In this document: in pieces, positions 39,207 to 49,959 of the stretch
How the letters are laid out: the number at the start of each line of letters is the position of its first letter
Position numbering within the stretch: the first letter of the stretch is position 1
Source of the DNA: Orbicella franksi
Taxonomy: Eukaryota
Direction: 5' to 3'
DNA: 64,000 bases
Assembly (NCBI GenBank): GCA_964199315.1
Contig: OZ116710.1
Coordinates: forward strand, 4,960,001-5,024,000
Position numbers and translations under genes: made by a program
The notes under the pieces: model-generated
Seen by the model: the letters and a program-made list of their open reading frames with translations, nothing else
The model's database searches: none
Told to the model about the DNA's origin: nothing

Positions 39207-39251
<45 letters not shown>
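39207..39251. repeat. (ATT)n microsatellite
   Basis: About 15 uninterrupted units, directly visible. Confidence 0.95.
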
Positions 39252-40603
39252 TTATACTAAGCAAATGATATCATAAGTATATATGGATAAATGTTTTTCT
39301 AAAAGTAGCGGAATAGTAATGTTCAGTATCTATACACGACATTCTGAATTGTAGTGTCAAAGCTTGCCCCCATTTTTTTTTTTTGGGGGGGGGGGAGACA
39401 GATTATTAGCCTTATTCATGGTGAACATTTCTATAGATCTAAATGATTTTGTTTATTCGCTTGAAGATGGTCCTAAAGCGTAGTATCAGGGGTTCAGATG
39501 TGTAGAGCAAGGGTCCCAGTCATGGGAGTGTGGGAGGGTAAAAGAAAAATCAGTGGCGAAGGATCGGCACAAACGAGAAGACTGAATACAACGAGGAGCG
39601 TGTACTTGACTAGAGGTCAGGGGCATGAGGTGGACATGTGAGAGACATGACTGGAACCATTGATACACTGTCTTTTACAGATGTAGATAACAGTGACTTT
39701 ACTTAGGAAATGAAAGGTTTGTTGTGATATCCAAAGGGGGTGATTGTTTTCAACTGGGAATCCCTGATGGACTTTGAGATCAGGAATTGGTGGCATGTTA
39801 CCTATGTTACTGGGATTTACTTATGCGCATGACACGAGGTTCATAGTGTTACATGTCTCTGAAATAAAGTGTTACAATGCAGAATGTGTGCCTGACTTTG
39901 AGATATTGTCTCTCAGGTCTCATTAACATCAGTTTATGGATGCTATAAACTTAAACTAGAAGTAAGAGGGAAAATATTAACATCGGAGACTCAAGGATGT
40001 CCAAAGCTGCTTTGAAGGATTATCTCTTTATTGTAGATGTTATCTTCAGTTTACTTCAGTTCAGTGTTATCAAAGATTGAATGAGTCATGTAAATATAAA
40101 AATAGCTAACACAGTAACTCCTGGATGTCTCTTGAAGATCGTCAGTAAAATGCTTTCAATTGTGAATAAGTGAATTGTGATGCCGAAGCTTCATCACGTT
40201 TCGTGTATGTAAATGCAAGTGTCTCGGAAATGGAAGAACACAACAAATATATAGACCTTTAGTCTGTAAAAAGGCATATCAATAAAAAGACATCAAAAGG
40301 TCGATATCCTGCATCCTGCATTGAACTGTGTACTCATAACTCTAACGGCTCTACAGTCGGGGGAAAAAGTTTCATTTTCGGTAAATCCGGCTTCGTTGCA
40401 GCACTCGAAATATTTCCGATTCTTAGTATCCAGTCACAAACTAGCACGAATACTGATGAGTACTTCAAAACCTGTCATGACAGCATGACGCAATGTTGCC
40501 TAACAACTTCGAGGACTGACCAAACTGAAGCGTGGGCTCAGTTTATGTCGTCATCAACTGGTACTTATCCCCCGACCGTGTCAGGTAAAACCTGCTGATT
40601 TCT

Positions 40604-40876
40604 AGTCTGCTGGCAGCCGGTTTTTTGCTTTAAGGGTCACTAGGATGAGTGTGCAGTCATAGCGAACGCAAAAGGGCGCTATGGCGGTGGCCGAGTAGGG
40701 ATGAAGGCGGGGCAACAGCGGTATGGCCGAGTACGGAAGAAGGCGAGACGAGAAAAAACCGTTTTTCTTCACGTGCGTGCCGCGTCCATGTCTCGTCCCA
40801 TTCCCCTTTAGCCAAAACGTCTCGCCTCAAAACTCCTACTGAATTTCGAGAGAAAAACAGACTGCCAGCAGTCTAG
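40604..40876. mobile_element. MITE (TAGACTGCTGGCAGTC TIR family)
   Basis: TAGTCTGCTGGCAGCCGGTTTTT pairs with AAAAACAGACTGCCAGCAGTCTA. Confidence 0.65.
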
Positions 40877-41366
40877 CTGATTTCAAACTAGGAAGACAAC
40901 TTTTCCATTTAAGCCAAGTTCGATGTTTTACAATTCAAACTAGGCTCTGAAGCTAAGGAAATACAACCTGGATACAATTTCTTCTGTTTTATTGCACCTA
41001 TGGTTGAAGCCAAGTTAGAATAAGTTTTAAAATTGCTAATAATGAAACATGGAGGTGTAAATCTTGTGGGTTGCGACATTTGTCTTGCACTTCGTCGTAG
41101 ATCAATCCAGAGGGCAGAATGCAAGCAATGCACAATTTTTGTATAACGTTTTGTACATGGCTTTATTAAGGATTAATTAAGTGTTTGTTTTTTACTGTAA
41201 GCCCCTGTGGATATGTACATATACGCGAAGAGTTTTCAATTCCAAACATTGTCGCATGAGCTTTCATGCGTGTGGACAGATCACACGGATTTCTATCCCG
41301 AGAGGAATATCGTGGATGACCTACTTTTTTCCCAGCTGATGGACAATGATAGCATCTTGGTAATGA

Positions 41367-44300
41367 TTATTTTTCATGTTGGATGAGTGCAAGATACTGC
41401 CTGACTTTACTGGCCAGCTCTGCTTTCTTGTCTTTAGTTTTCACAGCGACACCTCTCTTCTTGAGCCAGTCAGCTAACGTTACGCTGTTTACCTTGCTGA
41501 GCTGAATTAGATATAAAGTCTACGTTATCAAGGCACTGTGACTTCGCGCGAGTGGTCGCGTTCCGCGCTCGTGTATCGCGTTTCGCTTTCTGCCCTGCTA
41601 ATCCGCCTGTTCTGAAGGCTAACTTACAAATGCCTTGACCAAGAATACAACAACACTATGACCCCGCCCTGTCTTGACCAAGAACATAACAACACTAAGA
41701 CCCTGCACTGTCTTGACCAATGACACAACAACACACTGACCCTAGGGCTGCCCGTGAGGGCTGGAAACAGGTTCGCTCGATCCGGAGCCCACCGCCCAAC
41801 TCACAGTCGTACAAGTCAACAATTTAATTTAGCAGATCTAGAAAAAGGCAATGAATACTGATTTACCTGATCCTGTAGGGCCAACTCTCTTACATCAACG
41901 TTCTCTTGAAGCTTAGGCTTTGATCTGGGTTTTTTTGAAGGTGTGTCATCGTTTGGGAAGCCATTGATCTACAATAAGAACAATATAAAACGATTATCAG
42001 CATGAAGTAGCTAACTGAGAGTATTGCTACTTCCCCTTGGGAGGGATGCTAGTCCACGGCGCAAGGCTGTCATCTTACGATTACGCTTTCTGAGAGCCCT
42101 TGCTAAGAATTGTTTTTAAATTATAGCTCTGAGAATTTGGAGATGACAAACCTATGGCCTTATGTCCCAAGCGACAAGAACAGGATTAAGTGATTACCAC
42201 CAAACCACTATTGCTAGCTTTCTGTTTCGTGTCTTCTTGACAGTAATATGCCGATATTCTAAGGATAAATTAGATGTTAAAGGATTAAAAACAGAGCAAA
42301 TACGTATATAACAACGTACCTGTCTCTTTCTTGCTAAGTCAGGCCTTGATTGAATCAAAGTAGTTAAATCAAAAGGCTCAAACAACTGGTTGGGGATGTT
42401 CAACCCTCGGACGTGCTCCGTAGAACTTGCTAATGACTTGGGAAGTCTGTTCGTAAGGGTACCTTTCAGCAATGAATGATTTTCCTCCTGCTGACCCCGT
42501 TGCTCAATATTTGGACTGGCAGTGTCTCCCGGAAGCCCATGAGTTGCGTTGCCTGCTAACGAAGCTGAAGGATTGTGAATGATAGGCGCTTGCCGTCTTA
42601 TTATAAGTCCAGGCCTTGTCTGGGGTAAACACTTTGACACTTGCGTCGACGAACTAGGGCTCCGCGCTGAAGTTATGTCATGCTTGCTATATGATGGTTC
42701 ACTGAAGACTCTCGTAAGAGCCTTTTGCCCCTGACTTAAGGTTAATAAAGGAATTTCCCTCGTGTTTTGTGTTGTTTCTCTATTTATCCCTCGTCCCATC
42801 GTATTGCTTTCTTGTGTTTGGCAGCTTCTTTTTTCAGGTAGGGTATGGCCAAGCCGCACATTGTTCCTTTCAAATGCAGTTTCCATCTTTTCCCGATCTA
42901 CCGTTTGGGATGAGTTTAGGGTCAAAACTGGAGATGAAGCTTTTTGTGAGTGTACAGTGTTACGAACCCTAGGCTCTGTTGAGACAGACGTTGTCACTTT
43001 TGGTGCAACTCCTCTTGTGAGAGTTACCGTTTTTCCGCTGTTTTTATCTGTTACTGGTTGTCTGACATGACTCTGCTCTCGTTTCCTCGGGAGCATGGGT
43101 ATAATTTGCGCGTCAGAGACAGAAGAGCTAACTATGTTGCCAGATGCTGTTCGTTCAGGGCCATCGGAGCGAAAAACGCGGTTGCTGGTGAAACGAGGCA
43201 CAAAAGGTGTTGATGATCGGGGAAATAACGGTGTAGCAATGGGTGTAGTGCTTGGTTGATTAACAGCATTGCTATCCACTCTTGGGGATTGTATTTGAGA
43301 AGATGCTTGAGACAATTTCAGCTGGGACGCTGAAGGAGAAATTTCTCTCTGTCTTGTAGTGTCCTGCGAACGGTGAATGGCAAAGGGTCTACAGTGGCTG
43401 AATTTAGGAGGCGCGGTCCTGGTTAAGTTACTGTGGTTTGCATGGGTAGCCTGTTGAAGCATGCTTGTTGGGTAGAGTGGAGAAGAGGTGAAAGCCAGGG
43501 GTGTCCCGCATACAGCTGGCATGCGACACGATAGGTCTCTAAGAAACGAACTGAAAATTAGTTGATGATCACAGCGAGAAGACACCAGAACCTGACTGCT
43601 ACGAATACAGCTTGCGGGGTATCTGGATGGTTTTTGTTAAGATTTTGATCATGATTTTGGTCTTCATGTACTCCCTGGCAAAAGAGTATTTGCAGTAAAT
43701 AGTTATTGAGCACACGGTTTCTGTATCCAGAGACCAAGGGTAAGTTATTACTGGGTAAAAAAAGATAAGATTAAGGCGTTTTATTGTGAGCCGGAATTTT
43801 CACTCGTTGAATGCGAGATGAAAGAGGAACGGTGATGAAGAATTAGACGCAGCGTAATTATATATCTAAGTACTCTTTTACGCTGTGTAAATACTTAGCT
43901 ATACTTGGCCGGACTAAAGGATACGTAAATATTTTTCCCTTAATGTAGTAGAAATGCACGTTGTAGAAAACCTTTTCTTCGGATGGTAGTCTGTATCCGT
44001 ACTGTGGGGGCAAAGTGAAGTAAAAGCGTGAAAGTATTACATTCACAGTTAGGAAGACTTTCTCGAGCAAATCCTTCGCGGTTGCAGGTAGCCCCGTGCG
44101 AAGGTCGAGATAGCGCTCCTCTCTCCGCGTTCTTCACACTTAGTTTTTGATGACATTTTTTCTCTTTCTGAACTCGGATTTCGCTGCTGGACAAGTTTCT
44201 AAAAGTCAGACTAAGTCTAACTGCCAGGTGGCAATACTGATGTCGATATTGCGTCATTTTTTGATTACATGCAAAACATAAGTATTGTATCTAGATTTGT

Positions 44301-47300
44301 TGCATAACGTGGTTACGCTGGTTGTGTGGAGCAATGTTTTCTTGTACCCGTCACAACTTCAATTTTCCAACGAGTTCCCCGTCGAATTCACGGCATGAGA
44401 TAAATTAGATATAGTGAAGCCCCGCTCTATGGACACCCGCTAATAGCGGACACTTTTCCTTGTCCGACAACTAAAAAGCTATTATATATTTTCCCTTAAA
44501 TTAACCCGCTTAATACGCGGGCACAACTGGATAATGCGAACACTTTATCATGTCCCTTTGGTGTCCATATGAATGGGGTTCCACTGTACATTTCAATGCT
44601 CATCGCATTTATGTAATAAATTTTAGACGAGAACTGAAAAAAATCAACCTTCCTTGCATTTTTTTGTCCCATCATGTCTTACAAATTCTTGCCCTACGTA
44701 CCATTAGTTTCCAGTGTTTTCTTAGTTCTTCGTAACTTGCGAACGGACAGCCTTCTGGTAGTTGGTGAGTTATGCTAAATATTCTTCCCTTTTTCAAGCT
44801 GAAAAATTTGAAACAGTAATGTTGTGATGAAGTCCTGTGCGATCTCTTGGTTTAAAAGAATCTTAGGTACCAAAAAGATTACTTACCTCGGCAACACATA
44901 ACACAAATCGTCAACAATAGCGGCATCACTTATCAGAGCATCGCTGTTGCTTTTAAATTCGTCAAGTGCTCTTGTTGACGCAGTGAAATGCTCCGGCTGA
45001 AATCCAAAGAATATGTTTTTGTTTTCAGCCCTGTGCCTCTTACGGTGATTCCTTAGTATTGCATTGCGCATCCCTACTGCTCACGATTTCCGCGTCATTA
45101 GCGCGCGCACGTGAGCGCTTGCGCGTACAAAATGTAAGAGATTTCCCTCAAACTAAGCTGGATAGCGAAATAAATGCTCCTTTTCTCTTAAACGAGCGCG
45201 GTGACCCCCATTTTTATTTCATTATTTCAATGAGAACAATATCCTCAATAACTGACAAAAAAAATAGCAGAAATCTGTGGCTACTTTTTTGGCAAATGAA
45301 ATAAATACTTCAGAGGGAGATATAAAGGGCCCAATAGCGCATGTCCAAATTATGTTTCCTGTAAAGGATAAAAAAATGCAGGGTATTTGAAGACAGTTGT
45401 TCTAGAACGTAGATGAATAAACAATCAAAGAAAGTCAAACTCTATGCGATATAATACGCTGCATTGAAAAATAATCGAGCGTATTTGTTGCGCACGGAAA
45501 TTACCAAAAGTCACCTAAATAACCTTATTTGTCAGCAATGTGGCGTGAAAACAAGCATGGTGATCCCCTCTTTTTACTACGTTTTTAATATCTCCTTGTC
45601 TTGTAACAACAGCGTACCAAGTTACATCGGAAATCTATGGCGGGTTCTTTTACTAGGGAATCACCTTAAGGTATACTGAACATAGAAACAAGACTTAACC
45701 AAGTACAATCAACGCAACGAACCAACGAAAACTGGAAACAAAACCATGCAACTGATGGCATGCACGAGAAAAAGAGCAACTAGTGATGGGTTGAAAAACC
45801 AGTCTGTTTACTCTAAAAGTCTAATAAGATGGCTAAACAAATTTAAAAAGCAAATAGGTTGATAGCAATCACCGGTAAGACATGTTTACGCTAGCAACCA
45901 TGCACCCTTTTTACAATTAAATTTTCTACTTTTGATCGACTTTAACCTCGTCTGCATGGAGTATTTTAATTTCTTAACTGATTTGGTTACAGGATAGTAT
46001 CCGAAATCTTACCTTGCAAGGGATCGACTTCAATGAACGAGCTCGCAATCCAATGCATATCTTGTCAGTTATAGTGACTTCCAAAGCTGCAATTAGTTTT
46101 CAAACACAGAATCAATGATCTGATGCATATATCAGTCAATTGATTTGTAATAAGCCGTAGTGATGTGATGCGTATGACCACTTATAAGAATTATTTTATT
46201 AAAACATTACTGTAGACTTGTAGTGGAGTGTTACTTGCGATCTAACGTAGTACAAAAGTATTAACGATTCAAGGAGACTCACGAAGGAAACACCTTGCTC
46301 TTGGCATTATTTTCCGTACAGGAGATAATAATACTTGTACAGGAAAATGTGTTGAATAGCACTTAAAAGAACTTTTAAGTAATCAAAAAATTTCAAGTTA
46401 ACGTAACTCGTATATTACGCGTTATAGGTCCTAATCTTGTTAAAAGCCATTGATTCAGCCAACAGAACTTGGGCCGGACCACCTAGCTGTGAAAACAGGC
46501 TGAAAATTGAGTCTATCGCGCGTCTTATATTTTCCACTCCCCAATCTTCCCACACGCAGCTATATGTGCGCCAATGCCAAAAATCTCTGCGGAGGAGAGC
46601 AAGTCCCTGGTCCGACTTAATAGGCTCGCTAGTTCGAAACTTTTGGTGATGATTAAAGCATAGCTTGAAATCAGTGCAATACATACAATAACGAGAAGCA
46701 ATTTCCAGTAAAAAGTAGTGTAACTGATAGCTGTAACTGGCAAAAATACAGCAGGAAAATCAGTAAAAAAAACAAACAAGAAATTCAACATTTACCGTCT
46801 TGGTAATACTTACTGATTGCATTTAGCTTCGAATTTTCCAGCATGAATTCACGACCTACAGGTAGAATTAAGTAAAACTGGGTTTAGCATATTGATATGC
46901 TAATGAATGGTTCAGAACACTCAGGGAAAGAACCAGAACTGTACTGTTTCTATTATTTTATGATCTTTTTAGCTTACAAGCGAGGGTTCTTTGGAGGATA
47001 TTTCAGTTGCACCACTCAGCAAAACTAAACAGAACGAAACCTTTATTGACACCTTAGAAAGGTGGTCATAGCGTAACTTGCATAAAACAAACTGCTCAAC
47101 GACGGCCGTAGACATGATAATAAACGGCTTTGAAAAAGATGTGATCTTGTCGCATCAACTATGCTAACCTTCGTGCACATATTCCTGCAAACCTCTCTAC
47201 ACACACTTTGTAATTCTTTTTATAGAGATGACGCATGATAAATAGAGGCCTTGTTTCTCTCATAACCCCAATTTTTAAATGGACATTTACAATACCTTGT

Positions 47301-49419
47301 ACAAGAAACTCGCCCGCCTTGTTCCACAGAGGTGCAAGTTTCTGTTTCATCGTGAAAGAGAAGCAAAACTGGAACAGGCTCTTTGTTAGATCCACTTGCT
47401 CCGTGCTCTGTCAACATAAGAGAAGCACATCTGTTATACATCACTTGAAACTATAACGTCTCAAGCGTAGAAATGAAAGTTGCAAAGAAGCCAAGCTTGT
47501 TTAAAGACCAAGGATTACCCCGGGGAGAGTCCCATACAAAAAGCACGGGGGTGCTCGTCGGAAATTTTGAAAAGAACCTCTAACAGGTAAACGAGATCCT
47601 GCTTTGTGGGCGTGGCTTGAACTTTTTTTCACTCCTATGAGGTACCAATTCTAAACCAACAGGCTATCTTCGATCCTGTGAACCTTTTGAGGCTGAAGAC
47701 CCTGAGAGGTACCAAAATGGCTTTTTTAACCCCTAAAAGGTAAGACGAACAACCCTGTCCTTTTTATAAGGAAGTTCCCCCCCCCCCCCTGGGGGATTAG
47801 TTGCTACATAAAAGAAACGGGTGGATTTCTGCTGCGGAAACTGTAAAGTCTATTGAATGATCAATACTTTTCTGCCTCTTTGGAGCTAGAAAGTGTTTTT
47901 TCTGACTGTTCGTGACTCTGGTCACAAACGGAAAATAAAGAGAACTAACATTTGGGGAGACCTCGGACTGCCACTGGACAGCAATGCCATCATAAATTAA
48001 CCTGGCTCACTTGCAAACTGACAGGCAGTGCTGCTGTCTTGTTATAAAAGCAACACGGTTGTTTAATTTAACTTTGATGCAAGATAGTGGGCCATGATAA
48101 GATTTTGTTAAGGATGTCGTGGAAAAATTTAACTGGACTGATTATGAAATCATGTACAAGTAAACATTTAATTACTTACAACAACTCTTGCCACCTCATA
48201 GATCAATGGTAGAGCGATACATAGGCATCGAAAACGGGCATGGATTCGACTTGTCTTAGTAGGGTAAATTTCAGTCTTTCTATGTTTTGATACAATTACC
48301 TAGTAAAATATTACATACCATGAAACATGACAGTTAGGATTTCTTTTCGAGTGTAGCTAGGGGTCAAATCATAAATTCTTGGGTAGCTTTCTGACCACCA
48401 AGCCCTCCTCAAAAAATTCTTTTACGTTCCCCCCATAAATTGGAACATCCTTTTGCATTTTTAGTTAGCCGCACTGTGAAGATGCAATTCTACTCACTCG
48501 TCTAGAGTCGGGAATTTTAAAAGTAGTGGAAAATGCATGCGTTTATTAAAGTAAACATGAAGGAGCTAAGAGTTCATTTACCTGTATCTTGAGTCTTTCT
48601 AGTAGCTCTTGAAATTGTGAAGACTCATAAGTTACCTTCTGCAGAAGACACGAAAACTATACAGGAAACAGTCAGTCAAACAAAACCCTTAAAAGGGTTT
48701 TGTTTGACTGTCTGTTCCTGTATTGTTTCAGTTTTAAAAAACTGCATTATCAAATGAACTTCCCTTCAGTTTCTGAAACTGCAAGTGTATAAGCTTAAAT
48801 TTTCTGTAACTTATCATTATCGTGTTAAATACTGATAGCTAAATTTATTTTCTTTCCATGCAAGTAGGAAAATTTTTGTAGGAGGTAACCTTAATTGACA
48901 TGCCCTTGCTGATGATTTCCTAATTCTCATCACCCTTCCGCTTGACAATGTATCTACACAGTAAGGAGAAATTATATTTTGATATTTACTCTCGTGAATT
49001 TGGTCAAATCCACAAGTACAAGCTAAAATAACTTTCTCACGACGATAAAATTTGCGGCTTTAAATATATTGCTCAAGTTAAAATATTTCGTACATACCGG
49101 TGTTACGAGAAATAACTGGTTCCTTTCATCCAGAAACGGAGACACAAGAATTTTGGGTTCTGTGAAAATTAATTCTCTGCAAATGAAGTAGAATATTCAG
49201 CATACAAGATTCTAAAGTCTACAATATGTTTACCAGTGTGCTGTTCTCTTTCAAAGTAAAATCGGGCTTATTTGAAGAATATTACCTGCAACACATGGGC
49301 TGAATAGTGCTTATTTCATCGTCCTTATTCGTCTGTATGGTAGCTTTTGTAGCAACAAGTTCTTCGAGGTTTGGTAGGGAACCGAAAAACAGACCAGAAA
49401 TACCATCTCGGTTTCTCAT
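41367..49419 (-). CDS. C18orf63: C18orf63-like protein (DUF4708 family), 12 exons, ~773 aa, with C-terminal SAP/HeH-like motif
   Basis: Exons 5'->3': 49419-49286, 49176-49098, 48638-48582, 47407-47296, 46855-46814, 46086-46013, 44996-44887, 44798-44702, 44001-43925, 43622-42320, 41968-41867, 41501-41367. Total 2322 nt with all phases consistent. Peptides LFFGSLPNLEEL, LAPLWNKAGEFLVQGREF, LCYVLPSLKKG, CPFASYEELRKHWKLMYGYRLP and FTYPASCIRS match recalled human C18orf63. AATAAA on - strand at 41162-41167. Confidence 0.9.
41632..41810 (-). mobile_element. Degenerate SINE fragment with triplicated 39-bp core
   Basis: The reverse complement resembles the head and central domain of the 8033 SINE. 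Units start at 41632, 41671 and 41710. Confidence 0.6.
42000..42062 (-). mobile_element. SINE 3' fragment (same family as 8033-8333)
   Basis: The reverse complement reads TGGACTAGCATCCC..GGGGAAGTAGCAATACTC, like 8218-8260. Confidence 0.55.
43623..43924 (-). other. U12-type (minor spliceosome) GT-AG intron, intron 9 of C18orf63-like gene
   Basis: 5' splice site AC|GTATCCTTT. Branch-point-like ATCTTAAC at 43643-43636 lies just upstream of a CAG acceptor with no polypyrimidine tract. Splicing restores FTYPASCIRS. Confidence 0.88.
44412..44586. mobile_element. Tc1/mariner (pogo/Tigger)-type MITE in a C18orf63 intron
   Basis: TA|TAGTGAAGCCCC ... GGGGTTCCACTG|TA, with TA flanks and a CAGTG-type TIR. 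Confidence 0.65.
47518..47794. mobile_element. MITE (CCCCGGGG..CCCATA / TAT..CCCCC..GGGG termini)
   Basis: Imperfect GC-rich terminal inverted repeats inside a C18orf63 intron. Confidence 0.5.
48662..48720. repeat. 59-bp palindrome
   Basis: The inner 18 bp CAGTCAAACAAAACCCTT / AAGGGTTTTGTTTGACTG are perfect, around a 2-nt spacer. Confidence 0.85.
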
Positions 49420-49624
49420 TTCTTCGACCCTAGCAAGCCTTGTCAAAATATTCGCGCAGAAAAATTATATTGCTAGCCCTAACTGTGAATTACTTTTGGA
49501 AGGAGTGATAAAAACTAATTAATCAAGCGAACGAAAGTTGTTTTCGAACGAAGAAACAAATCGCTCCTCAGTTCTCACAGCTTTTGGCTCGCGATGATCT
49601 CAAGCGACGCTGACAGCTCGACAA

Positions 49625-49699
49625 TTTGGCGCGAAAATTTTCCCGCCTTTTTCATGCGGCATTGCCTCTGGGCTAATCTCAATCTCTCCTGCGCACGTG
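49625..49699. promoter_or_regulatory. Putative C18orf63 promoter: paired E2F-type sites plus an E-box
   Basis: TTTGGCGCGAAA at 49625-49636, TTTCCCGCC at 49639-49647 and CACGTG at 49694-49699, in a CpG-rich patch about 200-280 bp upstream of the ATG. Confidence 0.5.
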
Positions 49700-49860
49700 C
49701 ACGCCAAACTGTCATGTGGAAGGGGAAACAAATTTATGCAGTTTGTAGGGTATGGAACTCAGCTCAATATTGAATGAAACAAACAAACAAAAAAAAAACA
49801 GGAAAGCACCAAACAAACAACAAAAAAATAAAAATGAAACCAAACATGAAACACCTTTAA

Positions 49861-49959
49861 ACATCATGATAGTTGCGAATGCAGCCATAACACTACTGGA
49901 GAAAAGACCTGATTTTTTTTCCGGTAGTGCTATGGCTGCATTCGCATCTATCATCATGT
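49861..49959. repeat. 99-bp hairpin between GARRE1-like 3' end and C18orf63 promoter
   Basis: 45-bp arms with about 5 mismatches and a 9-nt loop. Confidence 0.8.

Noticed and set aside
40453-40476. CTGATGAGTACTTCAAAACCTGTC as a minimal hammerhead ribozyme
   Set aside because: The essential GAAA is CAAAA here and stem III is too short. No tandem copies are seen.
42194-43585. 463-aa ORF taken as a single-exon gene
   Set aside because: It is exon 10 of the C18orf63-like gene. The true limits are 43622-42320, and the listed start and the tail after ..ARKRQ are artefacts.
43858-44257. ORFs 43940-44257 and 43858-44070 as genes
   Set aside because: Only 44001-43925 is exonic. The rest is intron read-through.
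44883-45071. ATG at 45071 with CpG-rich upstream as a gene start
   Set aside because: Homology and phase show the exon starts at the acceptor at 44996, and six upstream exons exist. An internal promoter cannot be excluded but is unsupported.
48185-48255. tRNA-like fragment
   Set aside because: Only degraded A and B boxes with no closable acceptor stem. At most an old SINE head.
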